A stretch of DNA of 32,906 bases, from NCBI GenBank assembly GCA_032718475.1, contig JAUCBJ010006430.1:1-32906 (forward strand). Reading direction: 5' to 3'. Positions 11,183 through 22,734 of this stretch are shown here, one piece after another. Position numbers and translations under genes: made by a program. The stretch is from Nemertoderma westbladi. Its lineage: Eukaryota > Animalia > Xenacoelomorpha. How positions within the stretch are numbered: the stretch's first letter is position 1; each line of letters begins with the position of its first letter. Below the pieces are notes generated by a model. It was not told the DNA's origin. It searched no databases and saw only the letters and a program-made list of their open reading frames with translations.

Positions 11183-14100
11183 TGTATTTTCGACCGACAT
11201 GAGATCTGAGAAAGTTATATAAGACTGAAAATTATAATTAAGCCGTAGTGCCTCAGTCATTTTGCATCTAAGCATAACATGTTGTTCTTCTGTTTGAACA
11301 GAGACTCCATCTGCAAACTGCATACCCGCTCGCACGATGGGGTCCGGCTCCACCTTCCCCTCTCAATCCTAAGGTTGTGAGAAATTAATCAAAGGCGCGT
11401 TAACGCTAGGCGTTTGTAGTCAGTTATTCCGGTATTACGGTGGATTTTTGATTTCGGTAGACCGCGTGCACCTTGAGTGATGGGTTTAAGGTTGTAGAGT
11501 AAGTATTAAATTTAGTAGCTGTTAGTGGCTTATTTCTAACCCGCACCTTAACCGATTCTAACGACACATCTAGATTAATTGAAACAGATGCTTTCAGGGT
11601 CTGGCAGCCATTACATCCATCACTTTCACAAATTTTTAGAGCCTGCTTGATTGGTAAATATCCATCCGTGATAGCCTCGTATTTCGTAACGAACTTTGTT
11701 TGTGCTTCTATAACTCTCGCTTGTGGAGGTTTCACTCCGAGCTCTAAAGTGCACAAGTCGTTTGGTGTACTTTCTCCTACCCCAACTAATGCTTTAAGTG
11801 CTTTAAAGTACACTTTTTCAATTGCTTTAATGTCGCCGGTGAACCATGATTCACAGCCGTAGAAAATAGATGCTGATAAGCAAGACTCAAAAATACGATA
11901 CTTTAAGAAGAAGTGCATAGCTTGGTTAGCACCACAGAAAATTATAAAATGATTAATTGATATTCATGACACCGGTTAGAGACTGTATTTTTAAGAGACA
12001 GATTTCATCTTGCCATCCTGCATAAACGGCGAGCCCAATTAAATGTACTCGTTGCAGTTCGACACACTAGTACCATTATAAGTAATGGTACTAGAATCAT
12101 CGGTACTACAGTTTATTACAAAAAAATTTGTTTTTTTCTGAATGAATTATCATTCCATAGTCTGTACAGTAATCTACTAATATTTTGAATTTTTCTTCGC
12201 ATGATTTACGTCAAGTCGATAATATGACTGAGTCATCCATTAGGAGTAAAATTTGTAATGCGCCTAGAATACCGTCGGTATGATATGCTAATCGTAATCT
12301 ACGCACAAACTCGTTCAAATATAAACAAAATAGTGTTAGGCTTAGTGTTAGCCTTAGTCCTAGATTAAAAATAATAACGGCGTCTTCTAACAGACACTTT
12401 GTACTTTTATAAACTGCACTAATAGCTAACAACATTTTTTCCCACATCCAGCCTTCTGCAAACACAATTTTTTTGTGTTAATTTTTTTTTCGAGGAACCT
12501 TATCGTACGCTTTACTGAAATCTATGAACATTACATATAATTTAATTTTTTTATTAACCGCATGATTTATCAATAAGCGTAAAGTCACAATTTGTTCGAT
12601 GCAACCCCTAAATTTCTGACACTTATAGAAACTAACCCAACGTACGAGATGAGAGTTTATCATACTGTCTCTTCGCCAGAGTATCCAGGATGCTTATCCC
12701 CCTATAATTACCACAACACAATCTGCCGCCATACTTATATAATACCACAAGTTTACTATAGCACCAGGAGAGCGGACACCAGCCTGAGTTATTAAACAGA
12801 GTGTTAAATATAGACAGCAGAAAAATCAGCCAACACCCGGGTAATCTGCATATTAGACCCAAACTCGTACCTAGAAATGATTTAATGATATTTAGATCAG
12901 CCAGGGTTTCTGCGAATTCTTTCTCGGTGAAGTTATTCTCTAAGAAGGGTACGTAGGGAGAATCCGGGTAGTCAGCTCGATTTCCTGACGCATCTTTGTC
13001 TCGCAGTAAGTACTCGTCATTATTCGTGTTTAAAAGATTTTCGAAATGGGACTTAAATTGTTTGTTTGTCGGTATCTTGTTACTTTGTTCGTTATGATCT
13101 AATTGCCCTTTCCAGTTAATAGCCTTCCAGATTTGCTTTGAATCATTATTAGAAAGTAGGCGTTCCCACCTTGAATAATTTGTCGAATTGTTTGAACACT
13201 GGTTGGTTGGTCGCTTCTGATTGCACTCTTGCGCTGATTGTGAGACTATTCCATTAAAATCATTGACAAGTGTGTCGATACCATCCTGCGTGAGCGTCAC
13301 TAATTCAATATTTGGTGGATGTATTATACACATCAATCTTTCGAATTGCTCACAGTCTACCGTTGTGTGGCGTTTACTGCTTATTACCATAGTCATACGG
13401 CTTGGACGTACCTCGGGGTCAGTGGTACCCAGTAAGGACGCGTGATAAACAAGTTTATGGTCGCTTTGAGTTAAGTTGGCAACAAGAACCAACTCAAGTG
13501 ACGCGTTATCGGAATGTCCAATGGACTGATTATGTTCCAGAGATTTCACGTACTGTATTATATTACCTTTTCCCAGTGCTAAATCAACCTCAGAAATCCA
13601 TCGAGATCCCTGTTTATACGATAGCCCACCCCCTAATTCCCGATCTCCTAGCCGTAGGTGGTTTAAAACAATGTATCGGTGGTTGAACAATTCTCTGCAA
13701 GCCGTTCACCAAGAGTATTTACTGCGTAGTCACAAGTACCGTTTCCATTTATATTTCCAACCCTAGAGTTTAGGTCACCAAATACAATTGCAGACTCTGT
13801 TTCCGATAACTTTGTGTGTAAGTTTGCAAATTGGATCGAATTAAAGTACGGCGAACTACTTGGTGGAATATAATACCCCCCCCCCCCCAAACGAACTCCT
13901 TGCAAACAGTTGAATTCAATCCAGATACACTCTGTCTCTCCATCGTTACCTAATTCGATCTTACAAATCTGATTCTCAAGGAAATGTTTAATGAATAGCC
14001 CTACTCCTCCCCGATTAGATTTTACCGAATATTTTCCTACACATTTAAACCCCGGTAAAAAAAATAGATCCTACAGTCTTTAATTCAGATACAAAAACTA

Positions 14101-14200
14101 AGTCAAATTCGCAAAAATATTCTATGAGATGGGGTGATAGAAGTTTATCTTTAACCCCGCACGCATTCCACGAGCACAGTTTTAAGACAGTAGAATTGTG
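11183..14200 (-). pseudogene. LINE ORF2 (APE endonuclease + reverse transcriptase), disrupted
   Basis: APE: LKLCSWNACGVKDK (~14185), YIPPSSSPY, VFGDLNSRVG, EVDLAL, SDNASL. RT: NYRGISILDTLAK, IEQIVTLRLL, FIDFSKAYDKVPR, LLLMDDSVILS. Then IFYGCESW, and C-terminal SHNLRIERGRW...QTEEQHVMLRC. Confidence 0.9.
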
Positions 14201-14269
14201 CTCCGTGTTCCGCTAAATCGAAGACATTGAATTGAAGCAGTCAATTACTATACCATCGCGAAGAAGAGT

Positions 14270-15032
14270 TCACTCGTGGTAATTCAACAGGATTTGACAT
14301 CCCTGATTACCTGGATACGTTTCTTCCTCCCATTTACACTGCCGCAATCTGGCCACTTCTTTCCGGATGTGTGGATGAACATCTTTCTTTATGTACACCT
14401 TGCTAAATGGATCTGATGCTTCCTTCAATTTCCGCACCTTTCCCAGTATGCGATCTCTGGCTGTTTTATCCTGCACTATAAGAAGCATTGGCCTCGGTCT
14501 ACCTCGTTGAGCTTGTGTATCCACCGCCATCCTTCCTAATCACTTTATCTCCCAATTCGCCCGGTCATTGTCCAGCTCTAGAACATTCATAAGTTGCTTA
14601 ACTTGGTCTGAATCATGATTGGGAGTGGAGCCTTCCGTAACACCCGTGATTATCAGGTTTTTTTTCCTGGCGTTGCATATCAATGGATTCCATGAAACCT
14701 TGTTGGTACTGGATTATCTGCATCGCTGAATCTAATTTAGTAGACAACTCGGCGACCTGCTCCTTTAGTTTCAAACTTTCTGGAACTTCTTTCCAAAGTA
14801 GAGATATCTCCTTCAGAATGCCAGCATTACTCGGGGTACCGATATTGTTTGCTTGAGACAAGCTGATGGTACTGGTACCGGTAGAATTAGTACTCTCCTT
14901 GAGTGGTGAGATGTCGTCTTCAAGGTACATAGCGAGAAGATTTTTGAGCTCTGCATTGGTCAGCTTGTTGACACCAGCATTACTCAATCGTCGCGCTGCA
15001 TCCAAGGTTGAATATTTGGCTCTATTAGCCAT
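14270..15032 (-). pseudogene. LINE ORF1 (coiled coil + RRM/CTD-like), frameshifted
   Basis: A coiled-coil-like LKLKEQVAELSTKLDSAMQII segment is followed by RPRPMLL...ARDRIL...KLK....FSKVYIKKD, typical of the ORF1 C-terminus in APE-type LINEs. Confidence 0.75.
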
Positions 15033-15190
15033 TACTAGTACAGTAATACCTTTATACTGACTGCTTGTTTCAGTCTTTAACCTTTACAGCAGTACATACT
15101 ATATATATATATATATATGTATATAATAATATTTTAAGAATTCAAAAAGTGACAACTTATATGATCAATCACTAAAAATTTATTTTTTTA

Positions 15191-15230
15191 TTATTAGCTT
15201 TCGATAGCTCTATCTATCTTTTTCAAATAA
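15191..15230 (-). ncRNA. Minimal type I hammerhead ribozyme, U3/A8 core variant (3' pLTR)
   Basis: Minus strand: TTAT TTGAAAAA GATAG-ATAGAG-CTATC GAA AGCT A ATAA. Stem I is TTAT/ATAA, stem II is 5 bp, stem III is the palindrome AGCT, and AATAAA follows. Confidence 0.75.
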
Positions 15231-15323
15231 ACGATATTCTAGAATTATTGCACTACAAATAATAATACTACGCTAGCGACTAATGAGTTTGTTAAATCTG
15301 TGAATCTTTAATCTTTATAATTC

Positions 15324-18275
15324 TTAAGGATTGAAAACATCAAGTCCAAAGTTATTGATCACCGCACCGCCTCTTTGAGAACATTCAAACCCAATGGTTG
15401 TAAAGTTTCCAACTGGCACTGCCATTCTCCCTCTTTAATTCTGAGTTTTTGTCGGTTCAGTTTTTTGTTTGCTGAGATCGGTAGACAATCAAATGGTGTA
15501 ATTCTGAAGTGTGCATTGTAAGAATGACCCGAGGTAGTAAAATGTCTGTCGATCGCAGTCGATGGTTTGTCATTAATTATCTTTGTCTTGTAGTTGGCTA
15601 TCCTAGGCTTTTAGTCCTCTGTTGAACAGATACCAAATAAGTTACATTTAAGGCAAGTCACCACATAAATAACATTTTTAGCATTGCAAGATAAATCATT
15701 CTTTATATAAACCCTGTGGCTTTTGTTAGTTGTTGAGCTGACATATTTTAAAGGTAATAATACTTTACAGGGGACACATGCTGTCACATTTATGAACTCC
15801 TAGAAAATCACTAGATGAAGGTTCCCTTGTACACCTCAGTCTGGATGGCGCAAGGATATTCTTTAAGGTTGGTGCACGGCGAGTTACAACTTCCAATTTA
15901 TGACTATTCCAAAAAGATTTTGTCATTGAATGTTCATCTAGAATTGTGGAATGTTTTGAAATAATCACCTTGGGGTTAGGTAATAGAGGGTCATTATTGT
16001 GTACATAGAAAAGTTGTTTCTTTTTATTCTTTCTAGGCTTGTCTTTTTTTACTTTAAGGGCTTGAAACTGCGTACTGACTGCTGCAGAAGCAAATTGTTG
16101 AGCAACAATTTTCTCATCCCAGCTTCTTGCGACAAATGCAGAACCATACTCTATGAGACTAGAAAAAAGATCTGAATCTAAACTACAATTCCTGCGCAAG
16201 CGTAAAGCTACACCATAAGGGATGTTTTGAATCTGTGAACGAGGATGTGCGCTTGAAGGACACAAATACTGATGTACGTCCATAGGCTTGTGATAATTTT
16301 TAGTTTGGATGTATCCACTGTCATCAATAAAAATAGTTAAATCCAGAAAATTTACTTCTTTACCAAATTGTTCTAACTTAAAGACAATCTTTCCGGGAAG
16401 TACTGTCTCATTTAAATGTGTGACTAAATTTGTAACAATATCTTCCGAAAAATTAATTCCAAAGGAAATAATGTCGTCTCGGTATCTTTTGTATTCTTGT
16501 GGACTTTTATTAAAGGAAGAACACTGCCGTGTCAATGAATTTGGCTCCCCATATATCAGTGTAGGTACAAGAATAAGAAGGTCCCATAGACTGAACCACC
16601 AGACTGGGTGAAGTGTTTGCCATTGAAAGCACAATTATTGTTTTTTTAAGCAAATTTTAAGGCAAATTTTAAGAGCTTCTAATATGCATTCATTAGGTGG
16701 GTCACCTTCTGCAACAATTGTTCTGTATTGTTCCAGAGTTTCCTCAACTGCCGCTAAACCCATGTATTTATCAACTGAAGGGAAGAAATTTGATACATCA
16801 AGGCACAAAAAGCTAGAGTTTGGCGGAAGGGGAGCTAGACATTCATTGATATCTCGTATCCAAATCAAAACGTCAAATGTATTTTTTAGAAAAGCATCAT
16901 GTTTGCTACCAAACTCGTGTAAATAATATTCAACAAACTTGCCCAAACGCTCAGTAACTGATCCACAGGCGGATTGAATATGAATATACCTCAATGGATG
17001 ATTTTCCTTGTGTGTTTTCACATTTCCAAATACTGTACCTGGTTGTGGGTCCTGGCCAATGAGCCAATCCTTGCATTCAATGATTGTTTTCAAATTTTTC
17101 CATTTTAAAACAAATTGAGTCACTTAATTAAATAATCTACAGAACGATCAAAATCGTGCTGTTTAAAGCAAGATTTATCTTCTAAGTGTCGTTCAACACT
17201 ACTACAATATGTTGAATTTTTAAGACCAACAAATCGTTGTGAACCTCTATCTTGAATCCTAATAACACTTTCGCTCCCTATGGTGCCACATGTTTTCTTT
17301 AATTTAGTTAAAGCAATTCTCTCACTTTTACTTAAATTATCTTTTGTTTTAATTCGTTTAGTTACATCAAATAAATCAGTTCTAATCTCATTCAAAAATT
17401 GTTCTAGAATCGGATTGTTAGAGTTCAATGAAAAACGAGATTTACCGGGCCACGGTTTTTTTCGTGGATGAAAATCAGGTGCTGTTTCACTTTCAACAGC
17501 CTGATCGTCTTCTATGTGAACTACTGTAACCCCTAAATTTGCCTTCTTATCTTGCATGTAATTATCAAATTTTATTCTTATAGATGAAGCAAATTTTATA
17601 AAGTCTATGTTCGCCTGATACAAATCAGCATGTGGAGGAATTGGGCAAAACGAAGGTCCTTTCTTGAGCAATAAAATTGCTGGGTCATCGATTTCTATGT
17701 CTTCATAGACAACAGGATCAAATACAGTAGGGTCGCATTTGTTCATGACATTGAATCCACTAATCTATTTTCGATTTTTTTGCGTCTGTTTAAGTAATTA
17801 AGTCTACGTTGTGCGGATCTCTGAGGTCCAGGTTTATGTCTTTTATGAGACAACAAATTATAGTATAAAACATTGTTGTGGTTTGAAGCAGAGCGGGTTT
17901 CATTCATTAAACTGTTCCACTTTTTTTATCAGACGCTGTCTCACTGTACGAGAAGTGTTTTTCATGTGATCATAAACGCGGGACAAGATTGAATTCAAAT
18001 TATCATAGGTGATAGAAGATGATTTAGCTCTCATAAAAAGACTAAGAAAATGTCTTCGCCTCGTCTCGGCATGAAGAGAAACAACTTCCAAAATATTTAA
18101 TTCGGCTTTAAAAATATTATTTTTAGCTTTAATGCGAACCTGTTCAAAATGAATAGAATTACCAGGTAAATTAAGGTTTAATCAAGAAATTATCTTTGAA
18201 GTTGACCCAAAATTAGTTGCGAGCCTAAATTTATTAATTGTAGGAACAAAATTCTTGGTACAATCGCCATTCATC
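15324..18275 (-). pseudogene. PLE ORF, near full-length copy (N-terminal domain + RT + GIY-YIG), disrupted
   Basis: LLKKGPSFCPIP, DNLSKSERIAL, IRIQDRG, PGTVFGNVKTHK..PLR, LDVSNFFPSVD, KRYRDDII, VNFLDL, YHKPMD.HQYL..SSAHP, NIPYGVALRLRRNCS. Several frameshifts; the start position is approximate. Confidence 0.9.
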
Positions 18276-18428
18276 CACAGTCAAAAATTAATATAAGTTT
18301 AAATTAAGTAAAGAAAGTTAGGGAATATGACTGTAGTGTGTGAGATCAAGTTGTTTTAGTATAATAATATTTTAAGAATTCAAAAAGTGACAACTTATAT
18401 GATCAATCACTAAAAATTTATTTTTTTA

Positions 18429-18468
18429 TTATTAGCTTTCGATAGCTCTATCTATCTTTTTCAAATAA
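18429..18468 (-). ncRNA. Minimal type I hammerhead ribozyme, U3/A8 core variant (internal pLTR)
   Basis: Identical sequence to 15191-15230. Confidence 0.75.
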
Positions 18469-18561
18469 ACGATATTCTAGAATTATTGCACTACAAATAA
18501 TAATACTACCCTAGCAACTAATGAGTTTGTTAAATCTGTGAATCTTCAATCTTTATAATTC

Positions 18562-20305
18562 TTAAGGATTGAAAACATCAAGTCCAAAGTTATTGATCAC
18601 CGCCTCGTTGAGAACATTCAAACCCATTGGTTGTAAAGTTTCCAACCGGCACTGCCATTCTCCCTCTTTAATTCTGAGTTTTTGTCGTTTCAGTTTTTTG
18701 TTTGCTGAGATCGGTAGACAATCAAATGGTGTAATTCTGAAGTGTGCATTGTAAGAATGACCCGAGGTAGTAAAATGTCTGTCGATGGCAGTCGATGGTT
18801 TGTCATTAATTATCTTTGTATTGTAGTTGGCTATCCTAGGCTTTAAGTCCTCTGTTGAACCGATACCAAATAAGTTACATTTAAGGCAAGTCACCACATA
18901 AATAACATTTTTAGCATTGCAAGATAAATCATTCTTTATATAAACCCTGTGGCTTTTGTTAGTTGTTGAGCTGACATATTTTAAAGGTAATAATACTTTA
19001 CAGGGGACACATGCCGCTCTGACACTTATATGAACTCCTAGAAAATCACTAGATGAAGGTTCCCTTGTACACCTCAGTCTGGATGGCGCAAGGATATTCT
19101 TTAAGGTTGGTGCGCGGCGAGTTACAACTTCCAATTTATGACTATTCCAAAAAGATTTTGTCATTGAATGTTCATCTAGAATTGTGGAATGTTTTGAAAT
19201 AATCACCTTGGGGTTAGGTAATAGAGGGTCATTATTGTGTACATAGAAAAGTTGTTTCTTTTTATTCTTTCTAGGCTTGTCTTTTTTTACTTTAAGGGCT
19301 TGAAAGTGCGTACTGACTGCTGCAGAAGCAAATTGTTGAGCAACAATTTTCTCATCCCAGCCTCTTGCGACAAATGCAGAACCATACTCTATGAGACTAG
19401 AAAAAAGATCTGAATCTAAACTACAATTCCTGCGCAAGCGTAAAGCTACACCATAAGGGATGATTTGAATCTGTGAACGAGGATGTGCGCTTGAAGGACA
19501 CAAATACTGATGTACGTCCATAGGCTTGTGATATTTTTTAGTTTGGATGTATCCACTGTCATCAATAAAAATAGTTGAATCCAGAAAATTTACTTCTTTA
19601 CCAAATTGTTCTAACTTAAAGACAATCTTTCCGGGAAGTACTGTCTCATTTAAATGTGTGACTAAATTTGTAACAATATCTTCCCAAAAATTAATTCCAA
19701 AGGAAATAATGTCGTCTCGGTATCTTTTGTATTCTTGTGGACTTTTATTAAAGGAAGAACACTGCCGTGTCAATGAATTTGGCTCCCCATATATCGGTGT
19801 AGGTACAAGAATAAGAAGGTCCCATAGCTGAACCCCCAGACTGGGTGAAGTGTTTGTCATTGAAAGCACAATTATTGCTTTCAAGGCAAATTTTAAGAGC
19901 TTCTAATATGCATTCATTAGGTGGGTCACCTTCTGCAAGAAGTGTTCTGTATTGTTCCAGAGTTTCCTCAACTGCCGCTAAACCCATGCAGTTATCAACT
20001 GAAGGGAAGAAATTTGATACATCAAGGCACAAAAAGCTAGAGTTTGGCGGAAGGGGAGCTAGACGTTCATTGATATCTCGTATCCAAATCAAAATGTCAA
20101 ATGTATTTTTTAGAAAAGCATCATGTTTGCTACCAAACTCATGTAAATAATATTCAACAAACTTGCCCAAACGCTCAGTAACTGATCCACAGGCGGATTG
20201 AATATGAATATACCTCAATGGATGATTTTCCTTGTGTGTTTTCACATTTCCAAATACTGTACCTGGTTGTGGGTCCTGGCCAATGAGCCAATCCTTGCAT
20301 TCAAT
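18562..20305 (-). pseudogene. PLE ORF, 5'-truncated copy (RT + Cys-rich linker + GIY-YIG endonuclease)
   Basis: GSAMGPSYSCTYTDI, YRDD, CVPCK...LSCNAKNVIYVVTCLKCNLFGIGST.DLKPRIANY...RHF...H...LRIKEGEWQCRLETLQPMGLN. One frame break at ~19750. Confidence 0.9.
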
Positions 20306-20312
20306 ACTAAAA

Positions 20313-20388
20313 TATTATACTAAAACAACTTGATCTCACACCCTACAGTCATATTCCCTAACTTTCTTTACTTAATTTAAACTTATAT
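20313..20388 (+). repeat. Inverted 76-bp copy of the PLE leader at the 5' junction
   Basis: Reverse complement of 18291-18366 with 1 mismatch. Confidence 0.9.
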
Positions 20389-22734
20389 ATATGTATATAT
20401 ACTGTATATATATACAGTATATATATTACTCGTAGATTAATAAACTAAAGAACTACATTTGGAATGAGAAATGAGATAAATCAGGAATGAGAAAATTCCA
20501 ACATAGAGTAATATAATTGTAATACTAATGATTATAGAGTTATACATCCCTAACTGTGATGATACTGCTGTCTCCATGTCATCAACTAATAGCAATTACT
20601 GATTTATGTATTGATGATGCCTCATCGGATGTTAGAACTTCCTCCAGAATTTTGTTGGCCTGTAAGAATTATGGGTACTTAGGTAGAAATACACAACATT
20701 GGCGTTTAGTCAAAAGGAATAACAACGTTATCCTTCAACAAATCAATGAATCGGTGATATTAAATTAAATCGGTTTATATTATTTATATGGTTCAAAATT
20801 TAAATTTACCTTACGCTTTAAACACTACATTCGACTTGATAAAAGAAAAAAAATTTAGACAACATATGGTATTAACAGAAAGCACTAAAAGATAAACGCC
20901 AAAATGAAATTATTAACCCTCAGGCTCAACTATTTATTATTAAATTTCTATATAATGTTAAAAACAATACGCAGTAATTTTAGTAACTGCGAAATCCCAA
21001 TTATACTGTTTCATATTTATAAATATGACCTCAGTTATCACACATATTTCTAGTTTTTATTGCAATTCATTTGATTCCATAAGTAGGAAACTGCCAAATT
21101 GGCCCTGTGTACCATACACATGATACGATGCCCCTACATTCATGTGCGCCATATATTATGATTGAGTGTTGATTGTCGGCATTGATGACTGACTGTGTGT
21201 TGTCGATTTTTATTAGGATGTACCATATTCTAGATGAACAACTCTCTGGATGGTACTATGGAGCTGAACTAGGGCTCATTGGAATATTAACTCCATGGAT
21301 GTTAGGAGATAGTGAGGATGTAGAAGATTAATACCAAGGTTACGGATATAGATACCTGAAAACTGATAAAAAACAGAAAGTTACTACAACTGTAGTATAA
21401 TAAACACAAGTCAGTACAAGTTTGCATATCCTCATTAATTAATTGCTGAATTAAATGCTAAAATATGATTTAGTTTTAATATTTGCAATGTTAAAACATT
21501 TCACGTTTAAATATTCATCATACTTTGCCAGGAAAAACACCATTTATTATTCGAGGAATGATGTGAATGGTTGTTCTGTTTCTGTGACAAAATCCTAATG
21601 GTAAAACAACACACAGAGACTAGAGTTAATGTTAAATTTCAGTATGTTTTGTTTTGCCTCTTTGAAAAATAACGAAAAAACAGTTTTTTCATTAACAAAA
21701 TTTATTCTGAATGCTAGCCACTATTATACAATTTCTCTTTGTACCTTCGCAGACCTCTGTCAAAAAAAATTAGGAGACAGGATCCATAATATGGCGGGAA
21801 ATGAAGTTATTTTGCATTTTTCTCGAAGCAACATTTTTTGGGGAGTGTTTTATCTGGCTCTTTGGTCACGAAATAACAATAATAATACAGTATATTGATG
21901 GGGGCTTGAGTTGATTATACAATAATACAATATACAAATTCAATGTTCAATTGTTAGCAGTCTGTTGCCATTTTAACAACCGTAGAGTGTGCATTACTTT
22001 GTACCGCTGCCCCGTGCATCTAACTACCGAAGGCTACAGGTGATAAAGTGCAATCACATCAATACCTGAATACAGTAGATCAAAGACAGTCTAATAAACT
22101 CTATTTATTTTACAGGCCCTACTGCCAGAGCCAGTCCATCAATTAAGATCAGCCGAGGTAGTGTGTGCAAACCACACTAGCTAAGACGAACAGTCGGGAT
22201 CCTGGGGACAACACAGGCTCCCATCACAGTACAAAGTACATTACTCTAGTATAAATAGTATGCAATTAGAGTAGGCACTGACTTACTGATATAAAAGGCC
22301 TACTGTAATCTGACTGCCAGACTGCTTGACGCCACTTGGACGGAAATAAGCAGCTAATCGCCACACGCGTTGCCTAGTTGTTCTTAGATGGCAGCCTGTT
22401 GTGGCTGCAACGGGAAGACTGGTCGGTGCAGGAAGTGCGTCTGCGCGAAAGCACATAGAAACTGTAGTATCAGTTGCGCCGCGAGGAAGAATGGGAATTG
22501 TGAAAACATCGGTACTTCGTTAGTTCAGCCGTCATCTTCCCAGCCACTGCCGGACCGGGGCAGTGCTGTTCAGTTAACGCGGATGTTCCTTTCTCAGCCA
22601 TTAGATACATGTTCTCCGTCGGCAGATGAAACCTTGTTGGACAATGATGGAAGGTTATTATCTCTCTCATCTTCATCTGTTGGCGTTAAGTCTGGGGCAA
22701 TTCCTAGTCACGCCGGTGCTGGTCCCAAGCTGTA

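Larger units (their letters stand above)
11183..15060 (-). mobile_element. Decayed near full-length APE-type non-LTR retrotransposon, RTE-X-like
   Basis: ORF1, APE, RT and a C-terminal Cys/His motif lie in order on the minus strand, with many stops and frameshifts. The clade is inferred from LMDD and the SHNLRIE-GRW C-terminal motif. Confidence 0.85.
15122..20388 (-). mobile_element. Penelope-like element (Neptune-type), partial tandem with an inverted 5' segment, inserted in (TA)n
   Basis: 15122-17081 is repeated at 18360-20305 (offset 3238 at the 3' end). 20313-20388 is the reverse complement of 18291-18366. It encodes RT plus a C-terminal GIY-YIG. TATATATATGTATATA occurs at both 15110-15125 and 20384-20399. 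Confidence 0.92.

Noticed and set aside
20540-21360. Possible host exons on the minus strand (acceptor-like sites near 20660 and 21355)
   Set aside because: All frames close within ~30 codons and no domain is recognisable, so a gene cannot be supported.
22200-22390. Spliced-leader RNA gene as the CRE target site
   Set aside because: I recognised no SL exon, splice donor plus Sm-site arrangement, or TSD around the element.
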